A stretch of 32,000 nucleotides of DNA from Acaryochloris marina MBIC11017 (GTDB lineage Bacteria; Cyanobacteriota; Cyanobacteriia; Thermosynechococcales; Thermosynechococcaceae), in the NCBI RefSeq assembly GCF_000018105.1, contig NC_009925.1, positions 5,670,001-5,702,000 on the forward strand, given 5' to 3'. Each line of letters starts with the position of its first letter. Within the stretch, counting starts at the first letter, position 1. Of this stretch, positions 27,101 through 32,000 are shown piece after piece. Below the pieces are notes generated by a model. That model searched no databases. It saw nothing but the letters and a program-made list of their open reading frames with translations, and was not told the DNA's origin. The translations under genes were made by a program, and so were the position numbers.

Positions 27101-28378
27101 TTAAGTGAATACGCAACTGCCGCCATTGTTCCTTGCTTGCTGTAGGTTGCGATCACCGGCTTCTATGAATGCCTCAATGCCTATATCTGATGTGGGCTGG
27201 ATGGAGGCGAGGCCAATACTAAAAGAAAAGGTCTCCTCTCCTTCCTTGACTTGCTTTGATAACTCTTGAGCAATTGCCTCAGCTTGGGCAGAAGTCTGTT
27301 GGGGTAAAACGATGGCAAAGGTGAAGGTGCCATATCGACAAACTAGATCATTCGGACCATGTACAGTTTGCTTGATAGTTTGAGCAATGCGATACAAATA
27401 CTGGTCTCCTTTTTGGGAATTTCCACCTGAACCATAGAAATTGAAATGATCAAGTTGGCAGAGCATTAACGTCAAAGAGTGTTGGTCTTGAATGGCTTCA
27501 TGCCAGGATGTCAAAAGGTAGGCGTCAAAGCGGCGGCGGTTGGCGACCTGGGTGACATCATCCAGGGCAGCTAGACGCTGCAGTTCTAAATTTGCTTGGT
27601 GGAGTTGTGCGTTTTGAGTCTTAAGCGCTTGCTGGAGTTGTTGAATTTTTAGTTGATTTTGTACTCGGGCTAAGACCTCTACGACCTTAAAGGGTTTGGT
27701 GATGTAATCTACTCCTCCCACAGAAAAGGCTTTGACCTTATCCCAAGATTCATCCAGAGCGCTAACGAAGACTACGGGAATGTCTTGGGTGGATGGATCA
27801 GCTTTAAGCTTTTGACAAACAGTGTAACCATCCATTTCTGGCATTTGAATATCTAAGAGAATCAACTGAGGTTGATCGAGAGACACGGCCTGGAGAGCAA
27901 CATTGCCGTTGAGAGCTTGGAGAACTTCATAGCCCTGTTCTTCTAATACGTCTGTGAGCAACCGTAGATTTTGGGGTTGGTCATCCACCAGTAAGATTTT
28001 GACTTTTCCAGTGGGGACAGTGGGTTCAGGGGGTGGAGGTGCCTCGATAGAGGCGTTAGAGGATGGGTTATGCGCACTGCTGGTTTGAGTCGTGTTGCGC
28101 ATCTCCTGAGTGAGGATGATTCGCACATTAGATTTTGAAACTTTTTTATCTAGGGCTTGGGACAGCAAATGCCAGAGTTTAGGGGCAACATCCTGTTTGA
28201 CATATTTAGGGGAATAGCCACATTCATCTGCGAGCTGATCGTAGGTTTTGCGTTCTCCTTGCAAGGCCGTACTGAGGATACGCCGTTGAAGTTCACTGCA
28301 GTAGGTGTCCGTTTTTTGCAGGATTAAGTTTTCTGCAAATTCTAAGATGGGTTCACTGGAATGATCGATGTCGCTCAT
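27101..28378 (-). CDS. Response regulator with an N-terminal sigma70-region4/LuxR-like HTH module, a REC domain and a degenerate GGDEF domain
   Basis: 425 aa. The N-terminus L.ELQRRIL....QGERKTYDQLADECGYSPKYVKQDVAPKLWHLLSQALDKKVSKSNVR resembles an HTH module. REC motifs are VDDQ, LILLDIQMPEMDG, FVSA and ITKPF. The GGDEF fold has an A-site reading GTFTF (27317-27331), with GPND in place of RxxD. It lies 11 nt downstream of the kinase gene. Confidence 0.88.
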   Translation of the reverse strand: MSDIDHSSEPILEFAENLILQKTDTYCSELQRRILSTALQGERKTYDQLADECGYSPKYVKQDVAPKLWHLLSQALDKKVSKSNVRIILTQEMRNTTQTSSAHNPSSNASIEAPPPPEPTVPTGKVKILLVDDQPQNLRLLTDVLEEQGYEVLQALNGNVALQAVSLDQPQLILLDIQMPEMDGYTVCQKLKADPSTQDIPVVFVSALDESWDKVKAFSVGGVDYITKPFKVVEVLARVQNQLKIQQLQQALKTQNAQLHQANLELQRLAALDDVTQVANRRRFDAYLLTSWHEAIQDQHSLTLMLCQLDHFNFYGSGGNSQKGDQYLYRIAQTIKQTVHGPNDLVCRYGTFTFAIVLPQQTSAQAEAIAQELSKQVKEGEETFSFSIGLASIQPTSDIGIEAFIEAGDRNLQQARNNGGSCVFT

Positions 28379-28389
28379 AGAAACGGACC

Positions 28390-30807
28390 TTAAGGTTTGT
28401 CTTGCGTTAATTTGGTCGTAACTTCAGTAATATGAGCATATTCATAGTTCTCGGCTAGCTCAATCAAATATTGGGAGGCTGATTCATATTCCGGTGGCAT
28501 TTCGGATAAAAGCTGGATCACTTGTTTGCCCTTGAGTCGGAGGGCAGCATGGTGCAGTTCATCTAACCAGTTGGCGGACATCGATCCTAAGGCTTGATCA
28601 ATGATCTCTGAACTAATGACGGCTGAGGGGAGTGCTTCTGGTTCAACCCTATCATTTGGTGGTGGGGGGGGAGCCACCCCGTCTGCAATATTTTGTAAAC
28701 TGGCGTCACTGTCGGACTCTGCGATGGTGACTTGGGCCGTAAAGGTGAAGGTTGTCCCTTGCCCGACTTGGCTGGATACCTTGATATCCCCACCCATTAG
28801 CTGAGCGAATTGTTGACTAATGGGTAAACCAAGTCCTGTGCCAGCTTTCGATTTCTCTCCACTTTCAGTTTGTTCAAAAGGAACAAACAATTTGTGCAGT
28901 TCAGAAGCGGCAATTCCTTCGCCTGTGTCTTCAATTTCAAACCGTAATGTCAAACCTGCTGGTGTGGGTATGCTCCCTATGCGGAGAAAGATGTGTCCGG
29001 CCGGGGTGAATTTAAGGGCATTGCTCAACAAGTTGATGAGGACTTGTCGGAGTTTCTGGGCATCTCCGAATAAATAGGGTGGGAGATCGGGGGTGGCTTT
29101 AACCCGAAAGGCTAATCCTTTTTGTTCGATTCGAAGTCGAAAGATGCCTTCTACGGTCTCCAGTAAGGTACTGAGTTGGAAGGGACCTTCTCGCAGTTCT
29201 TGTTTTCCTGACTCTAGTTTGGCTAGAGATAAAATGTCGTTGATCAGTCCTAATAAGTGTTCGCCACTTTGGTTAATTAAGCGATTGCGTTTGTGATTGG
29301 CTTCAGAGAGAGTGGTGTCTTGGGCCATCATTTGGCTAAACCCCAGAATGGCATTGAGGGGCGTGCGTAATTCATGGCTCATTTTGGCGAGAAATTTTCC
29401 CTTGGCCCGACTGGCCATTTCGGCCGCTTCTTTGGCTTGGCTGAGCTCTAGATTTGATTGCTGAAGTTCGGAGGTTCGTTGGGCAACCTGAATTTCCAGA
29501 TCGGTTTTGGCCTGTTCCAGGATGCGAAGGGTCTGTTGTTGGGCTTTGACCTTGGTTTGGATGAAGCGATCGTACTGATAGAAGGCATCTAGACTGAGGC
29601 TGATTAGCAGAAAGCTGGCTAGGGTTGGGACCACGGGTAGCCACCATCCCCAAAGTAGTGCTAGATAGCTGATGCCGGATACCAGTAATGCGGAGAGTGC
29701 GATCGCAAGTATCGTATACCGAGGTGAGTGAATATAGGCGGCAACAATGATGCCCACTAGACCGCCGCCCAAAATACAGAGGTACTCTATCCAATCTGGC
29801 CAAGTACTGATCAGCGGTCGTTGATCTAAAGTTGCACTCAGAATTTGACTAATGGCATGAGCATGTATCTCAATGCCATAGACCCAGTTTGCTTTCGGAG
29901 AGATGATGGAGGGAATGGCAGCGGGAGAATAGTCCTGGAAGCTAGGGGTGGTGATGCCAATCAGGACGATACGATTTCTGACTGAATCCGGTGAAACATT
30001 GCCTGATAGTAATTTATGAAATGAGACAGTCTCAAATGCTTTGGGATGGTTGCGAAAATTGAGCAGCATTTGGACATCTGCATTCCCAGTATTGGTGCGA
30101 ATATAGCCCCCAAAATTAGGTCGAATTCGAGGAATCTCCGCAGACTTAAATCTCATGGCTACGGGATCATTGATGCCATTATCTAGATGGATATTTTGGG
30201 CAATTAGAAATTTCTCGGCTAGGAGTAATGCTAGGGAGTATCGGAAGACTTGTTTTTTCGTTTGAGTTCCCAGCATGACCCGACGTTGGCTACCGTCCAG
30301 ATCGACAGGGGCATCAGCAAATCCAACTCGGTCTAGGGGTAAGCCGGGGGGAGGATTCACTCGTTCCGATTGGTTCTCATCCAGTTCTTTCTTATTCTCA
30401 TCCAGAATTTTATCGATACCAAATAGATTTTCCATCTCCTGAAAGGCGGTGGCCAAGTCTGCTGAACCCGGTTCTACGGGGATATCTCGGAATAAATCCA
30501 GACCAATTGCTCTAGGCTCATGCTCTTGAAGAATGTTGAGCGACTGGGCGAGGTATTGATCGGGAATGGGATAGCGGCCAATCGAGCGAATACTATCCTC
30601 ATCAATCGTGACCAACAGAATGCGTTTGTCTTGGGTTTCTGTCGGTTGATATTTCAGAAAGAGATCTAAGACTTGCAATTCCCAGGATTGGAAGGTTCCT
30701 GCCCATCGTCCACCGAGGATTAGGCCCAGTATAAGTAAGCTGGGGAGCGCCACAAGCTTCAGTGGGGCTAATGGTTGACGAAGTTTATGCCAAATCTCAG
30801 ACTTCAA
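28390..30807 (-). CDS. CHASE2-domain sensor histidine kinase
   Basis: 805 aa. An N-terminal TM helix is followed by a CHASE2-type extracytoplasmic domain (LLVTIDEDSIRSIGRYPIPDQYLAQSL...IGLDLFRD) and 3 TM helices. A coiled coil, HisKA (MSHELRTPLNAILGF) and HATPase (DTGEGI, GTGLGL) follow. The protein ends in a Pro5 linker and a 109-aa helical tail. The only possible start is a TTG at 30807, preceded by AAGGGG with a 7-nt spacer. Confidence 0.9.
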   Translation of the reverse strand: MKSEIWHKLRQPLAPLKLVALPSLLILGLILGGRWAGTFQSWELQVLDLFLKYQPTETQDKRILLVTIDEDSIRSIGRYPIPDQYLAQSLNILQEHEPRAIGLDLFRDIPVEPGSADLATAFQEMENLFGIDKILDENKKELDENQSERVNPPPGLPLDRVGFADAPVDLDGSQRRVMLGTQTKKQVFRYSLALLLAEKFLIAQNIHLDNGINDPVAMRFKSAEIPRIRPNFGGYIRTNTGNADVQMLLNFRNHPKAFETVSFHKLLSGNVSPDSVRNRIVLIGITTPSFQDYSPAAIPSIISPKANWVYGIEIHAHAISQILSATLDQRPLISTWPDWIEYLCILGGGLVGIIVAAYIHSPRYTILAIALSALLVSGISYLALLWGWWLPVVPTLASFLLISLSLDAFYQYDRFIQTKVKAQQQTLRILEQAKTDLEIQVAQRTSELQQSNLELSQAKEAAEMASRAKGKFLAKMSHELRTPLNAILGFSQMMAQDTTLSEANHKRNRLINQSGEHLLGLINDILSLAKLESGKQELREGPFQLSTLLETVEGIFRLRIEQKGLAFRVKATPDLPPYLFGDAQKLRQVLINLLSNALKFTPAGHIFLRIGSIPTPAGLTLRFEIEDTGEGIAASELHKLFVPFEQTESGEKSKAGTGLGLPISQQFAQLMGGDIKVSSQVGQGTTFTFTAQVTIAESDSDASLQNIADGVAPPPPPNDRVEPEALPSAVISSEIIDQALGSMSANWLDELHHAALRLKGKQVIQLLSEMPPEYESASQYLIELAENYEYAHITEVTTKLTQDKP

Positions 30808-30825
30808 TCCTTATCCCCTTAATTC

Positions 30826-30839
30826 GTGATATGTGATAT
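30826..30839. repeat. Tandem heptamer GTGATAT x2 just upstream of the kinase start
   Basis: GTGATAT occurs at 30826-30832 and is repeated exactly at 30833-39. This is 19-33 nt upstream of the TTG start on the kinase strand. Confidence 0.6.
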
Positions 30840-30895
30840 GAACCCATTCCCCCTGCAATCCTCGAATTCTGGTCTAGATTTCGTTTTGAAGATCA

Positions 30896-30947
30896 ACCTG
30901 AACGCTCTGATTATCAATACCTGAACTTTGGCTGAAGTTTCCTGATG
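30896..30947. promoter_or_regulatory. Cluster of phased CTGA-containing direct repeats in the divergent control region
   Basis: ACCTGAAC occurs at 30896-30903 and again at 30919-30926. CTGA cores start at 30898, 30907, 30921, 30932 and 30942, giving five in about 50 bp where about 0.2 are expected. The last three are spaced 10-11 bp apart. Confidence 0.35.
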
Positions 30948-31018
30948 ATAACGGGATTTTTTCTGCCAACAAGCTCAATTAAGGTAATTTCAATAACCGA
31001 ATTACGGGGAGATCTGAT

Positions 31019-31201
31019 ATGCCTTCTGACTTTAGGTATGGAGAACCGATACACATTACACTGCCATCATTGTCATCAATGATGGCAGTGATAAAGGAGC
31101 AATTTCAGGAATGGGTCCGTCGAGAAATTATTGATTTTGACCCCTATGACGACGAAGGGGGATTAAGCAATTTTCCAGAAGAATTGAGAATAGATAAATA
31201 A
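31019..31201 (+). CDS. Hypothetical micro-ORF, 60 aa; coding status uncertain
   Basis: The ATG is preceded by GGGGAG with an 8-nt spacer. The stop is followed 13 nt later by the next ORF. However, the ORF contains a perfect 14-bp palindrome, which is unusual for coding sequence. I recognise no family. Confidence 0.3.
   Translation: MPSDFRYGEPIHITLPSLSSMMAVIKEQFQEWVRREIIDFDPYDDEGGLSNFPEELRIDK
31059..31090. repeat. Perfect 14-bp inverted repeat with a 4-nt spacer
   Basis: CACTGCCATCATTG (31059-31072), TCAT, CAATGATGGCAGTG (31077-31090). The arms are exact reverse complements, checked base by base. Confidence 0.9.
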
Positions 31202-31214
31202 AGGAGGTATTACT

Positions 31215-31409
31215 ATGTTTTTAGAGAAAACCCGCCACTACTTCCGTTCCGCTACCCAACGATTACGAGTGTCATTAGAACCTTGGCAGGAGGCCGCTTT
31301 GGGATGGATCGATCAGAACTTACAGATCATTGCTGATCGAGATGATTGTTCTACTCAGGGGCAAACAGAACAGATTGCGATCGCATTTTGTACCGTCAGT
31401 GCTAAGTGA
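31215..31409 (+). CDS. Hypothetical micro-ORF, 64 aa
   Basis: A perfect Shine-Dalgarno sequence AAGGAGGT lies 6 nt upstream of the ATG. A HIP1 site at 31377-31384 falls in the usual Ala-Ile-Ala reading frame. The stop is 11 nt before the DUF928 start. I recognise no family. Confidence 0.45.
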   Translation: MFLEKTRHYFRSATQRLRVSLEPWQEAALGWIDQNLQIIADRDDCSTQGQTEQIAIAFCTVSAK

Positions 31410-31420
31410 GGTATGCACCT

Positions 31421-32000
31421 ATGGTTATGGCTCATCTCAATCCAATTCATCTGCTGAAAAGGCGCCGGGGAGAAAGACAGAACGGCTTCAGCTATCGTTT
31501 CGGGCTAGGTCTATTGCTCGTGTCCCTGTCGATATTGCCTTCCCCCGCTTGGGCAAGACGATATCAGCCGCCCAAGGGTGATCCGCCGAAAGGTAAGTTT
31601 GGGTCCAATGGTTCTCGGGGTTGTAGTTCTGCCCCATCCAAGTCATCGGCTTTGAGTCGTCCAACGGTGCCAGAGCAAAATCATGCCCAGACGGCAGCGG
31701 CTCAGCCCAGCAGCATTCCCGTTACCCTGTTAGCTCCCAGTACTCATGTGGGGAGAACCAGTGTGGTGGCACCTACGCTGGCTTGGTTTGTAACGGCAAC
31801 GGATCCCTATCGCGTCAGAATTTCTCTATTTATTCTGGATGCGGATCAAAGTTCTGAACTGATCCATGAGTTGGAATATATCGAAACGTCTTCTGGACTG
31901 GTTCAATACACTGTGCCAGCGGACCAGACCACCCTTGAGGATGGCCAACGGTTTTTTGTGGAGTTGAGTATTGCCTGTAAACCGGATGACGATCGATTTA
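31421..32000 (+). CDS. DUF928 domain protein, secreted; N-terminal 193 aa only, continuing beyond the window
   Basis: Hand translation gives MVMAHLNPIHLLKRRRGERQNGFSYRFGLGLLLVSLSILPSPAWARRYQPPKGDPPKGKFGSNGSRGCSS...TLLAPSTHVGRTSVVAPTLAWFV...LEDGQRFFVELSIACKPDD. It has a signal peptide and the Y.PP..G.P....G..GSRGC, LLAP....G.T and P.L.W.V blocks, then a C-terminal L..G..Y/F...L...C block. All match my recollection of the DUF928 family. GAGG lies 9 nt upstream of the ATG. It is absent from the ORF track because the frame is open-ended. Confidence 0.78.
   Translation, partial: MVMAHLNPIHLLKRRRGERQNGFSYRFGLGLLLVSLSILPSPAWARRYQPPKGDPPKGKFGSNGSRGCSSAPSKSSALSRPTVPEQNHAQTAAAQPSSIPVTLLAPSTHVGRTSVVAPTLAWFVTATDPYRVRISLFILDADQSSELIHELEYIETSSGLVQYTVPADQTTLEDGQRFFVELSIACKPDDDRF

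Noticed and set aside
26491-27156. 221-aa ORF on the minus strand spanning the pentapeptide-repeat gene
   Set aside because: It is the antisense shadow of a highly repetitive gene, and its own product is a low-complexity mirror repeat (SAFLR, KFTFF). The plus-strand ORF has a signal peptide and canonical A(D/N)LxX repeats, so the minus ORF is taken as spurious.
28664-28671. G8 homopolymer (C8 on the coding strand) in the kinase gene, as a possible slipped-strand phase-variation switch
   Set aside because: It simply encodes the Pro5 linker. An equivalent C8 run occurs in the housekeeping DUF512 gene at 11522-11529, and two such runs are close to chance expectation. There is no evidence of phase variation.
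29372-29803. 143-aa ORF inside the kinase gene on the same strand in another frame
   Set aside because: It lies fully within the TM, coiled-coil and HisKA-coding region of the kinase. Its Arg/Ser/Gln-rich product is typical of an out-of-frame translation.
1-32000. Search by eye for CRISPR arrays, IS elements or transposases, integrases, phage genes and rRNA/tRNA genes
   Set aside because: I found no regularly spaced direct repeats, no transposase or integrase-like ORFs, and no long terminal inverted repeats. The only sign of past rearrangement is the Uma2/toxin deletion scar.

Overview
The window looks like a cyanobacterial chromosome segment. The HIP1 octamer GCGATCGC occurs 11 times, against about 0.5 expected by chance, and the gene content is typically cyanobacterial. 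I found no rRNA, tRNA, CRISPR array, transposase or integrase by eye.

Most of the window is core housekeeping:
- PP2C phosphatase (partial) and an ABC1/UbiB kinase
- clpS, rsmB, argF
- a PDZ-radical SAM-DUF512 protein
- an amino-acid ABC substrate-binding lipoprotein
- a SpoIID/LytB protein, an AI-2E transporter and an MBL-fold hydrolase
- an ArsA/Get3 ATPase, fabG, accA, an SDR and folE

Interspersed accessory or poorly understood content:
- two tandem paralogous lipoproteins
- a decayed toxin-antitoxin locus: a Uma2 fragment fused to a 5'-truncated HI1419-type toxin, followed by an intact antitoxin
- a secreted S1 protease-TPR protein
- an orphan pair of minor pilins
- two c-di-GMP-type proteins whose catalytic motifs are both degenerate

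The most interesting locus is at 27.1-32.0 kb. A CHASE2 sensor histidine kinase is co-transcribed with an HTH-REC-degenerate-GGDEF regulator. Divergent from this pair is a tightly packed operon of two unannotated micro-ORFs and a secreted DUF928 protein. The shared control region holds a perfect 14-bp palindrome and phased short repeats. I propose this as a candidate uncharacterised envelope signalling module.

All family calls come from motif recognition by eye on the supplied translations. No searches were run.
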